From assembly GCA_973895155.1 (NCBI GenBank), contig OZ316898.1, forward strand, positions 13,608,330 to 13,672,329: 64,000 nt of DNA, in the 5' to 3' direction. The position numbers were made by a program, and so were the translations under genes. The stretch is from Marsupella aquatica (lineage: Eukaryota; Plantae; Marchantiophyta). Below, one piece after another: positions 37,148 to 49,646 of this stretch (within the stretch, counting starts at the first letter, position 1; each line of letters begins with the position of its first letter). The notes under the pieces are model-generated. The model ran no database searches and had not been told where the DNA came from. It saw only the letters and a program-made list of their open reading frames with translations.

Positions 37148-39893
37148 CTACAACGCCCCTCCCAAAACAGCTCCAGCCTTTGTTACAATCCTTGCCGTTC
37201 CGATCAAGATTTCTTGCTCAAACAGAAAGTACTCCTCGTTGCTCTGTAAATCAGAAAGCAACATCGTTGCAGCATAACGTGAGCGTTTGGTTCAAACGAT
37301 CGCAAATTGGGGAAAGTAGGAAAGAGGGCAGCATTCCTCTGGCTGCAAACAAAACAATCACTTTGCATAGAAAGATTCTAACTTACGGAGGTGATTGATG
37401 GAACAATGAAGTAGGAAAGGGGGTCCCAGAATACCATGGGCTTGATGTTGGCGGTGATAATGATCTCTATTGCCATTGCTCCCATGTGGGACAGCGAGCA
37501 GCGGGGCTTGTCTTCTCCCAAATAAACCTTTGCATGGCTATTCAGCAAGCTACGAACCTGCTCCGTAATTTTCTCAATTTTCTCAAAGTCCTGCAACCTT
37601 ATAGGGACTTTCAGAGACAATGCTCTAAATGGTGCCCTCGTTAAGTTCACAATGACCTGCAAGACGATTCGTTTCATTTTAGCATTTCTTTTCAAGGCTT
37701 CAATTCTGAGAGGAGGAAGAGACAGCCAGCTAAAATTTTGGACATGAAGGATACCCAAAGCTATGGAGAAAACTCGCAACAATTGAGCGAATTGAAGGAA
37801 AACTTTCGTCCTAATGAGAACGTACACAGATGAAATTGAATGTTTGACAAACATACCTCGCTAGAGAAGAAGGAATTAGGGACGATAACCGGGCATTTGT
37901 CAGCGTTAAGCAATCGTGTTGAATGCATTCCCACCTCCTCAACTTTTCCCTCCACACTCCCTGCCTGCAAACCCCACAATTCCCACGTCAGAGGATATGT
38001 AGCTGCTTGGTCACTGAAGACCTGACCCCTCTTGCAAAAACCATGGCGAACTTCTTGCTGGAACTCAAACTTAATGTTTCAATGGGAAGAAGTGTGTAAA
38101 CTCACAACAATACGTGACGAGACTGTGCTCTAATTATAATTCTTGTAGACATCTTTTTAATTCATTCCATACAAGGACTACGTCCTACCAAATCATGTAA
38201 GCGAGCCAAACTTAAGATGGGCACCGATGACAAGTCATACCCTGATATAATCACCAACGCTAAATGGCTTCGAAAAAACAAGTGAGACTCCTGAAAGCAT
38301 GTTGCCTAGCACATCTCTCGCAGCAAATGCAGTTGCCACCCCTGCATTGAAATCAATACAATGCAGATTAAGAATTTTGGAATCCCCCAAAAGCAATGGA
38401 CCTTTCAAATTCAGGACATGTCAGGACAAAATTGCTTCGCATTAGCTTCGACTGGAACCAAAATTTCAATGAATGAATTTCCCAAACATTTGTGTACTTG
38501 TGACGTAGAAGTGTCTGGACCAGCACTCCTACTGTCATTTTGTCTAACGATTTCGAGTTGAGACATGTTTAAATCAGTTCATCTATGAAACTGTGTTCAA
38601 CTGACTAGAATCAAGGGTTAAACGAGAGCTTCAATTTATCATAAACACAGAATAATTGATTACCTCCGATTCCTCCTACCGTTAAGAGGGACTGGACGGC
38701 CACTCCTGAGGCTTCGGCTAGACCCAAACCGCCAATAAAGAGCAGAATCAGCGATGTCACTTGATCCAGTGTCATGTATCGCTCCCTTTCATTGCTCGAC
38801 AACTTCTTGTCTTTCAAAAACCTCGTGATCACGTTTCGCTTCCATCGCTGAAGAAACCAAATGAGGCTCCCAACACTCCCAGCATTCCAGATGCGGCTCA
38901 AGTAGCGAGTGGCAAATGTGGTCGGTGCAACTATCACCCCTCTGTGATGATTAAGTCAAAGAAATCCGTCAATTCATATAAAGATCAGCGAAGAAGGAGT
39001 AACGGCAAATACACAGAGAAGGAGAACCTTGATGATGAACATATGTTAGGACATTGACAGGACCTTTCAGCTCATAGATTCATCCAGACACTATCGAGAT
39101 GTGAAGGTTCTACCCAAGAAGAAACCTGATGAGTCAAAATTAATCGACGGTTTCTACAATCACGCCTCTTATGGAAGCATCCAATCTATTATATAAAAGG
39201 GAAAGAACACCGATATAATGTTCAGTTGTGTTCCACAACTCGAAGTGATTTTGGTTTGCAAATCGGTCCGTCGAAAGTTTTCTAGGTAGACTTTGACCGA
39301 ATATCGTTATCCAAAATAATGTTACTGTCCATTCAGCCTCACGAATACCCATGCAGTTCATCAAGTTCAGTTTGTGAGACAAATGTTGAGATACAAATCC
39401 AGTCCAAATCCCATTGAATCGTAACAGTGAACAAAATGATAGGCTGTTCTCCAGCTACAATTCCACATCATACACCCAAACTATTTCCGGGCCAAGTCTC
39501 GTTGATCAAGGACAGGAGAAGGGTAGACCAAAATCTCCAGGCAGACTTCTATCCAAACCTTAAGAGGCACAGACACGACGATGGGCAGAAGAAGCCAGAA
39601 TAAATGGATAGCTGAACTTACAGTTGCGAAAGGAACAAGAAGGTTGCAAAGAGACGGCATGGTTCCTCCAAAGCTGACCACAGGCTCAGCTCGTAAGGAG
39701 TGGAGGATTCACGCGACTTCCCTGTTCCCGCCTGCACAATTGTGGCAGATCCCTGCTCCACATACCAGTGTACCCGGCGGAGCAGAACAGGCAGAACCGC
39801 CCAAGCCGTAACAGACAATCCCAGGGGAAGCAGCAAGTCCGTCAAAAGCGGGTAGAACGACCACGCACTCCCCATCTCGGATCCAGCTTCCAT
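37148..39893 (-). CDS. MSL1: MscS-like mechanosensitive channel, MSL1 clade; exons ~39893-39622, 38941-38664, 38341-38241, 37964-37857, 37656-37435, 37243-37148; true start uncertain
   Basis: GVAVQSLLTVGGIGGVATAFAARDVLGN...KPFSVGDYIRAGSVEGKVEEVGMHSTRLL...PVIVPNSFFSSEVIVN; junctions in phase. Confidence 0.85.
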
Positions 39894-42800
39894 CAACCAA
39901 GTCCTCCAAAACAATGCAAATGAACCCGAAAAACTATCTCCTCCTTCTCCTCAGTTCAGTTTCTGTCTCTGTTTGGCCAAATCGCAATTTTCAATTGGTG
40001 GATGTCTATGCTAGTGTATGATCAGTCGATATTAGTCCAATCCAGGGTCACTCTGCAGTTGCAGCTTCCGACTGCTCTGGAGAACTCGGTGGATGTTTTC
40101 GTTCCTTCCAATTTCATGACTCTAAAGCCAGGTGAGACAGGTTTTATGATAGATCATCTACAATGTTCTACTGCCCATCTCCATTCCACTCCCCTCATCG
40201 ATATGCCTCCTTCATAGATTCTTCGAAATTGTCCACTTGCTGTGCATGTCTGCTGGTCGAAAAGGGGGCTGTGGGGTACGTCTGAGGTGCAACCTGTCGC
40301 TGATGAAGTGGACTGGAGTGTGGCGTGCCATGGCCAGCGAGGTGACGAATTAGAATAGACAGATGGGTTTCTCCAAGGCTGCAACGTGGGCTTTCTCAAG
40401 GACCTTTTGCTTTATTTTAACATCTTGTAGCATTCTACATCACTGAATAGTCACCAAAGCACTCATCGGGTTGAAGGTCCTCAAGTTTTGTTTTTTTTGC
40501 CTTGCAAACCGAAAGCAGGCCCATCCAACAGAGGATAGACGTCCTGCTTTGGAGCATGCAGTTCTATGTAGGGCAGCCACAAGGGGACAATACCCAAGGA
40601 TCCGACAGGGACCCTCAAGTTTTGTGGGCATTTGTTTCCAATACTAGTTACAACTCACTTCAGCAGCTCTAAATCAATCATGTGATGACACATGTAGCGC
40701 ATGGAGCTCTAAGCCAACCCTATCATGACATGTCACAACTATGTTGACCATGCGGGATCTTTTGTGGAAACTGGCAGCCTTTATCCCCTGTTTTTGTCCT
40801 CACTCTAATCTTAAATAGTGGGACTCCATGGCTTTTTGGCTCTTTGGTCTGACCTGTTTGTTTCCTTTGTTTTCTCCCCTTCATTGGGTCTAGTGTTCCT
40901 TGATTTCTCCCCTTTATTGGGTCTAGTCTTCCTTAAGATTTTGTCTCTAGTGCGGTCGGCGCTTTTCAAAAACATAAACAAACTTTACTCAAACGAATCA
41001 CAGACTCCCAGTTTCCCTTCCATACGTATGATTAGTTATTTATCACCGGTCCTGACCCTCGTACGTGATTTCCATCTGTCATTGTGGGCTATGGCCCATC
41101 TCACAACACCATGAGTTAAGTCTACATCAGCCATACAACCAGAACATAAACCAAGACACATGTCATTCAAATCACTTGGTTTGTAGATCATAAATATAGT
41201 GTGTTGGTTTATGTTTTGGTGTACAGACCACATTAACTTGACATAGATTTAACACGCACAGCCAGGTCTGTTGCTCCCACTCACTTCCCATGATAGGACC
41301 CTTGTACCCCAAATTGGTATTTCTTAAAACTTTGAACCATTGCTAGATGCAATGTTTGGCCATACATTTGGTGGAATGTTAGGCTGGGCCAAGATGACTG
41401 AGATCTACATTTTGAGCAGTAGATCTACTATGAACTAATGATACTCTGATACTAGAAAATCCTTGAAAATATGATATGCTCTTTTCATATACATCATATT
41501 ATTGTATGTGAAATGAGTACCAGAGCCGAGTTAGTACTTTTATAAGTGAACTTGTGGTCTAACCCTTCACAAGAGCGGGGAGAGCCACAAAAGCTCAAAT
41601 TATCCTTGCTGCTTTTTGGAGTGCACGAGTAGCTTAGTCAAAGCAATTAATAGGTGCAGTAGTTATGCTTATATTGTCCATTAGGTTATTGATATATTGA
41701 GAAAATCTATCTGTCCAAGAGTTTTTGCTATAGACTAACTTTGACCCATCCACAATTTTCTAGAAGCTACCGAAAGTGAACTTCAGTGGTTACAGCTTGG
41801 TACAAGGAAAGAAACCTTTTATTACACATGACTTATTGTATGAGTCTATCTATCTAATATAGCACAATCAAAAATCCAAGATAAGGGCTTACTGTTTGGA
41901 GTGAAACCCTTCAACCTTGACTCAGGGAATGCAACTCAACTTGGGGGAACCGTAAACAGGGCATGAGAAAACAGGGCGCAAGATATGGTACTCACCATAT
42001 ATTTATGAACAAAGCTTGGGGCGTCCATGCTAGTACTTATAACTACAGACTTGGTGGCTCACTGATATTGCTAGGGGGAGAGTATACTTGGTTCCATGAC
42101 ATATCTTTTGGTGAGTCTAGTTTGCAAGGAACCTTCTCTTAATCTTGCTAATGAATCCCAAAGCAAAGCTACTTTTGAGGGCTACTGCGTAGAGTGAAGC
42201 TCTACACAATAATTCTCAATAAAAACAAAATCGAAAAGTAGAGTGGAGACAAAACAAAAATGTGGCAAAATGAACCAGGATAGTGTATAATCTTTATTAT
42301 TTGCAGGATTCTTTATTGTCTTGGTCTCTAATTATGTTTAAAGAGAAGGGCAGACAATCAAATTATGGGTAGGGGTGAAAAAATGGGGTTGGGGTTGGAG
42401 TAGTGCACTGCATTTGAAAATAGGGCTGGCTGTGCAGAGAGTTGGTGGGAGTAGCGACCTCATGTGAAGAGAGTCGATGGATTAGGGGGTCCGCATGTGA
42501 AGATATCAGTTGCTGTTATTGAGGGTCAAGGGCTACAGTGAAACGGCCAGCTCTTCTTCAGTTACTCCAAGATTCTTTGGTCAGCTGCTGTCCAATACTT
42601 TATTCTCATCTCTATTCAGGTTCAAAGAATGATTGGGTAGTCTGCCTAATATTTTCCTGTAACCCATGTCTGTTTTTACAAATTGAATCAGAGATGCCTT
42701 GTTAGTGAAAGACTGACAGACTTGCTATTTTCTTTTGCAAACCTGAGACAATCTTCAGCCTTTACTCAGCAATTAAAATCACTACCTGCCTTAGCATCTG

Positions 42801-42949
42801 TTAGTGGGCCCCATTTTTGCTGATGTGGACATGCTTTTTTGATCATTAACCTAGACCACCGGGTTCATTGCCTGATACCATAAGCACTTCCATAGTTCCA
42901 TAGCTCAGTGGTGAAACCTGGGCACCATCAAATTTCAGTGGTCTCACAG

Positions 42950-44489
42950 GAGGTATATGCTTAATCGACCCCCTCTGGACTGTTTCCTACTTAATCGACC
43001 CCCTATGTTCAGATCAGCCCCAATCGACCCCCTATGTTCAGATCTGCCTCAATCGACCCCCCAAAGTCTGTTTGTTACCAATCGACCCCCTTTGATAATT
43101 TCTGGTTCATGACATGCCGTGTATTACAATTGCATTCTGCCTAAACCTGTCTGTGGGTGCGAGCGACTTGACCAAACAGTCAAATGCTTGGTTTAGGGTC
43201 GGCCGCACTGCAACGGCAACGACCGAGGATTTCAAAAATGATGTGTGAAGACAATATGTGTTATGTTTTCAGATGTTCATCATTGAATTGTCCTCACATA
43301 ACTTGGTCCAAATGTTCATTGTTTCACATTCTGTCATGACGACTTCTGTCGGTCATGAGGTTTGGGAAATCTATCGTATTGGGGGTTATTGAATTGGGAA
43401 GCTAGCTCACTCTCTTTTCATTAGAGTTTGCATGCAATTTGGATGACATTGTAGTGGTGTGAGGTACACTTAGGGATATCTCATGCCCGATCACATGTTG
43501 GAGAGTTTGATGTCATTGTGCATCTTTGGCATAGAGGGGATCTATTTGAAGTGTGACATTCTTTAATGTGACATATTAGTACTACAAGATAGAGCGTGCC
43601 CAAAAACAAGACGCAATTGCACATGGATTTAGGATGTGGCCAGGATAACTGATGGGAAAGCCTATAAGAAAGTGTGTAAGAATTCACTGTTGTTATCAAT
43701 TTATTGTTGTTGATATATATTTTTTATTCTAATGAACACACTTTGTTGAGAGTACAGAATGCAAAGTGTCTTAGTTCAATTGCTCATAATGGAAGCAAAG
43801 GCAACTCAACTTCAAAAGGGCAAACACTTCATGCAAGGATTTTGGAGAATTTTACAAGTGTTTGGATTCTTGGGTGTCATAATGGTCTTGTGGTATAAAG
43901 ATTGGAAACATTTTGAGGACATTTAATAATTTCTGAATGCAAGACACTGTGCCGATTTAGCAAATAGGTGACTGTCAAAGAAATCCAGCAAAGCGTTTGT
44001 CTGTGAGGGAGATCCAAACATAGATTGTCTCTAGTGGAATGCATTGATAAAGATTCTCAACAAAGCAACTATATATGAACATTATGGAGATAGCAGCCGG
44101 GGTAGCAGCCCAATTTTATTAACTCTAAACTTCAGACAAATATATGGAGACCCCGCTGGAGACTAACCCCTAAGCAAATGTTTGAAGACCATACTAATTT
44201 TGTCTTCAAACACAAAAGTACCCACTATTATGTCAAGTGCTCGGTCTGGTGTCATTTGATCTTATCAAGTGTGGATTGTGGGCCAACTCCTATCTCAACA
44301 CAATTGCAGCACACCACGTGCTCATATGATAGAAAATTAGAGTTCACCCTGGTAAAGTCTCTCTATAGTGCTCTTCCCAAGAACTATCCGTGAGAAATTG
44401 TCAGAGGGGGTCAATTGGGGCAGAAATAGTCCAGAGGGGGTTGATTAAGCAAGAAATAGTCCAGAGGGGGTTGATTAAGCATATACCTA
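42950..44489. mobile_element. Non-autonomous Mutator-like element (1.54 kb) with TIRs built of ~30-bp tandem units
   Basis: AGGTATATGCTTAATCGACCCCCTCTGGACT / AGTCCAGAGGGGGTTGATTAAGCATATACCT; core AATCGACCCCC x5 on the left, x3 (variant, inverted) on the right; 9-bp TSD GTCTCACAG / GTCTCACAC. Confidence 0.85.
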
Positions 44490-47400
44490 GTCTCACACTG
44501 TCCAGTCTACTATTCCAGCAGTGTCCCTCACAATGTCCAGTCTACTATTCCCAGTCTACTATTCCAGCAGTGTCCCTCCTGACACTCATAACAAACGTTT
44601 ATCAATGGTATGGAGCTATGTCGTACACAATATATGCCTCATGCCTTGCCCATAGTGTATCGGGATGGGCACCTTTATTAAAAACAATTGGCACTGTGAT
44701 ATATGTGAATGGTGGTGTCCTGCGCTGCGATGCTACTGTAGTAGAGAAGTAGATTGTTCCGGAATACACGTGTCTGTTCTGGAATCCACGTGAACATCAT
44801 GCCTTACGGTAGCAAAATGATCATCAAACCCTGCTTACGTCTCAAATTGATTACGACGGTATCCCTCATTTGAGTTTAATTGGACACTTGAAGGGAACGC
44901 CGCTGACTCTCCACTCTGCAGGATGAAGTCGACCATCCCTCTCCAATCTGATGAGTTTGCCCATTTTGCGGGATGCAGCAGCGAGTGCAAGCAAATTTTG
45001 GCCGGGAAGTTATGGCGTCAGACTTTTTAATCAGCTGATCTCTCCAAAACTGTTTATGACCATGTTTCCAAGAAAGATAAGCAGACAAATCCAGTACAGC
45101 TCCCCTAACAATAATGCAGGTTTGTAACTTAGTGCTAATTAATATGGACCACATGGCAAGTTGGGACCCTGTAGCTTTTTCTAATTAGCACGCGGCGGAT
45201 TCCCAAATTCTCGGTCAAAGTGAGATCAAAGTAAGTCAAAGGCACTGAGCCCGGCACTGAGGCACTGAGACTGGACATCTCTCATGGTAACCCACAGGCT
45301 GGATCGCAGGAAGCAATTATTTCTATTGAGGAGTTCTGTTTATTGAGACGGTATATCTGTTTCCTGATGACAGTAGCAGGTGGATATTCATGATTATGTC
45401 GTTCCTATCCCAGTAATCCCACTATGACTGCAGATCGCAGTGTCTTGCCCAGATCGACGAAAATTTAATCTTCCTTGTACAATATCTTTGTAACATACAC
45501 CTGAACCTCCACCACCTGCGTTCCCAGCACTGTAACTACTATCTCTCTCGCGTAATCATGCACCTCAATAAGCTATTTCCACTTAAATGAGCTTTAGTAG
45601 CAAGTCAGTGACAGTCAGGGCTCATCGAGAACGGCGCAGTGTGAGGGGCATTGTCGTCGTCCTGTTGCATCTCACTTTGTATGTTTTCCAACCTGGATTA
45701 CTGTAGTGAGTTGGCTGGGGCTTCCCTTCCTGTTCTTTCACTGCAAGCCGATAAGCAGACCCTTTGACTAGCTACCCACAACGTTGTGTACTGTGATTGA
45801 TGAGCGAAGCAAGTTTTTCAAGCCAAAGAAAATATGCACGCAAACGACAAACCGAACCAATCCAGCATTCTGTCCCAATTCCTACAGATGGGGATAGTGT
45901 GGAACTACAGTGCTGGGCAGGGCCACCCAGGCCATGATAGGGCCTACGTGCTGTACCACTTCTTCCAAAACTGAACCACCGTGGACTAAGCCGGAACTCA
46001 AGGTCCGACAGTTCTCACGACCGTCTTTGGCGAGCGGCTGATACGATCAAAATCCAGAGTGCGGCTCTTGCCAGTGCCTTCAGCCTTTCATGCATATGTA
46101 CGGTATCAATTCTCGACCAGAATTGCAGACTCGAGTGAGTACCTATTTACTTTCAACGAACAAAATTTCGTCGTACTACTTGAGTGATGTTTTTGAGGGC
46201 TACGTGCTCCAGACCCTCGGTGAGTCCTTGGGCCTTCATCAAACGTGGATGACATGACTAGCTGTAATCTTCCAATCCGTGTCGGCGACCTTGGTTTAAT
46301 ATTGAGATGTCATTGGAAATTTTGCGACTTGCAGATTGGTAAAAGTTGGTTCATGCAATCATACCTGCCTCCTCAGCTGCTCCGGTGGCTGATGGACTAG
46401 ATGCAAGGCTACCTATGAATGTGGACCTGCAGTTGCCTTTCATGGGAAAATAAACACAGCGTGTCCGGCATTCTTTCAACTTATGTCGTTTGCGTGTTAA
46501 GTTTCTCTAAAATAAGATGTGGGCATTCCTTTCCATCTTTCATCTTTTCACGCTTCTTCTTATCAGCTGCTCGATTGAGATGTTACATAACTGTCCTGGA
46601 GTCATAAATCCTGGGTTTGGTCGTATCAGATATTTAGTCTTGGAGATAGGACTGGCACCGGCCCTATGCGGCAAACAATGGTAAGGCCTCGGAATCAAAC
46701 TCTAGAGTACGAGTACTGATGCTTTCCAGCTTCGAGGCTAGGGCACAAGTAGGCGGACCGAGGGGAGGAGCGAGTTGGTAATGTCTTGCCCGGAGAGATC
46801 AGGCACTGTAGGAATCTTTGGAATGGGCTTTGGAAAGCACGAGCATTTGGTACATTCAATTACGTAAATGGACCTCAGAAATGGACTCAAGTTGTCGAAA
46901 TGGAGCTGGTCTGGTCTAACATTGCAAACGTGAGGATCGGAGAGCCTCTTCGAAATAATATGGCTGGCAAGTGGAGCTCTTCAGCAGTGAGATCGAGCAT
47001 TGGAATGAAGTTCAACAAGGGAGCCGGAGGAATGACACCAATGCAGATGTGACGATCGGTGCTCCGCCGAAGATTAGAGTTTCAAGTTAGCTAGGGCTGT
47101 TTAGTGGTGTGAGCGTTCGAAAAATACTCACCTATGCATCTCTAGAAAAAGATTCAATGAGGCTTTCGGGTTCACGCGCGGAGTCTGGCCAAATGTTCAT
47201 TTGTAAGAGCTATCATTATTGGGTCGTCCATGACAAATTGCCAACAGCAGCACTTGGATGTAGCTTTTAGTCTCTTTCGATGGCTTCTGAGAACGGTCCA
47301 GAGAGGACTGTGGCGCCACCTTCTACGCCCACTTCTTCCATTTGGGAGGCGGCGATACCCTGGAGATCGAGAACGTTCTAGTTTTGTGTATATTCGCTGG

Positions 47401-47652
47401 CTGTGCCGACCACCAAGAATATCCAGGGCTGATGTTCTAAGAAACCTTGCTTACATCATCACCTGCTTCTTTGTAAAGATTGGGTATTCTTTGTTAAGCT
47501 TGTCAATGAAGAGACGCCGGGGTGTGGATAGATTAGTTCGACCAAACCACAGTAGCAGCTGGCCTTGAAGAGAAATCTCTCTAACTAAGCGACCAACCTG
47601 AATTTTAGGGGATCGTCCTGGATCGAGGAATTCGATCGAAGCTTCGAGATCG

Positions 47653-48360
47653 ATGATGGACTTGCTAGTTCTTGGGGTAACGCTTGGATTCCTCGTGGAG
47701 GCGGCAAGAATGGTTGCACAAAAATGTTCTGGAGGCAGGACGAAGAAAGAGAACGATGATAGTTCTTTACGGGAACCGCTTCTTAGACCCGAAGAGGTGC
47801 TTGATGCTTCGGGTCGTTGCAGGTTGCCTTGCTGCTCACACCGTTTTCAAGAGAACTTTGCCCAGGATGCACTCGACGTCGAGTACTCTCCGGAAACTAC
47901 TAGCGACGAGGAAACCAATTCACTGCCAGGGAGCTTAAGGGCGATTACAGACGATTCCGAGGAGGATCTGGAGGAGCAAGGGGTGAAGATTATGAAGTGG
48001 GAGGACTTGATGGACAACGTCTCTGTGACACTTGTCGAAGATATGAGGAGTAGTATTAAGGGTAAAGAAATCGTCGAGGAGCTGGAGGACAACACTACGA
48101 ATGGGGACAGGCCCAGATCTGAAAGTTTTCCTTCAAGAATCCGGAGACTTCGTCTGTCAGGGACGAAGTCGGCAAAAATCTACCCTGCACCTCTTGATTC
48201 ACCAATCACTTCGCTACAAGCTCCGAATTCCCACATCTTGCTGGCGGGACCAAGGTCTACCGAGTACGGACTCAATAATTCTTACCAGTCTTCACGGGAT
48301 CCTCACTTCAAGCCCGCCACAAAATTCCCGACTGACACAGGCGAATGCTCAAAATCGTAA
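47653..48360 (+). CDS. Orphan 235-aa protein with an N-terminal hydrophobic anchor and an acidic, probably disordered region
   Basis: Uninterrupted ATG-started ORF; hydrophobic LLVLGVTLGFLVEAA followed by basic residues; LREPLL dileucine-like motif; coding-like purine bias. Confidence 0.6.
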   Translation: MMDLLVLGVTLGFLVEAARMVAQKCSGGRTKKENDDSSLREPLLRPEEVLDASGRCRLPCCSHRFQENFAQDALDVEYSPETTSDEETNSLPGSLRAITDDSEEDLEEQGVKIMKWEDLMDNVSVTLVEDMRSSIKGKEIVEELEDNTTNGDRPRSESFPSRIRRLRLSGTKSAKIYPAPLDSPITSLQAPNSHILLAGPRSTEYGLNNSYQSSRDPHFKPATKFPTDTGECSKS

Positions 48361-49646
48361 CGCAATGCTTTCCGTGCCTGTGGTAGCTACTGTTGCCATT
48401 ATATCACTCATGTACAATTCGCCTCAAGTTGGGTACGTGCGGATGGGGATTTTTTCCTTTTGGAAATCGCCTCCGGAGAGAGTTTCAATTTTGTGACTAT
48501 CATTTCTGCCTCAGAATCATTTTTTTATCGGATGAGCCGATTCACCTTTATTGAGGTAATCGCAGTTTTAACAAGGTACGCAGGAGGTGTTGTTAACATA
48601 AGCAGATTTAGATCAGGCAGTTTTGTTCAATGTACAATTAACTTCAGTGAGTGTGCGTGACGACGTGCAAGCATGATTTTTAGCCAGTCACGTTCGAGTT
48701 TCATGAGCACCTTACCTGCAATTTCCACCGCTGCCAGGGGTAGAAATGGCTGCACAGTTTTCAAAACGAAGTTTTTGATTCAGTGTTCACGTCGGCCATC
48801 ATTCTACGATGGCTTTAGAGGTCGTGGGTGGGGTCAGCTGTCAGGGCCAGGGCTGTGCCGAAGAAGTTTAATGATAATAAACTAAGATAATACTGTACAT
48901 GGGACCTCGATGCACAATGTGCGAGTGCATGGAGCTTTGTGCAGCCTCCGTTATCGCGAATCGATCTCCCGTGTCTATTTTGCGACAGTTTTTTGGTGGG
49001 CAGCCGCCTCACTCAACCAGGATGCTCGAATAATTCGCTTGGTTTTGAATAAATTGAGCATTAACTCTGTGCTGATCAGCATGGAATGCACAATCGGATT
49101 ACGATTTCCAAGGGCGTTGTTTCTGTTTGATTGGAGCCTGAAATTACGCGCAGTTGGTGGATGTCTCTTCGGAATTGTCAAGATTTCAGCTCTTGATCAC
49201 AACAGATTCTCGTACTATATCGATCACTACATGGCAATCGCCGAAGCACGCAGCAGTTCGATCATATACCAACGGTGTTGTTATCGAGCATCCTTGAGAT
49301 CCCATGCAGACTTCGGATCCATTGTTAGCGCTTGTTGAACTTTTGCGAGGCGGCCTTCTCGTGCCAGTTTTGGGCTTAGGATATGTATTATTGATATTGT
49401 AGCTATGGACTACTGTAGCTCGATGACCGCAGTTTCCAACCACATAATTGCATGATGCTGTGGTTGGAAACTGAATTCCCCTTGTCTGGAGGGCACTGCA
49501 AGAATGGAGGCTATGGTTTCTCCGTAGAGACTGGACTAAACCGAAGTTGTCCGATCGAGCGTGAATTTTGAAACGTGTATTCAACACTTTTCTTCTGTCC
49601 TGCAGGATCTAGAGACAGTGATTTTCAATCACGGACTCACACAGAA

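Noticed and set aside
41440-41456. PBS-like CTCTGATACTA (also CTGATACCA near 42872)
   Set aside because: No paired LTRs, TSD or coding domains could be delimited.
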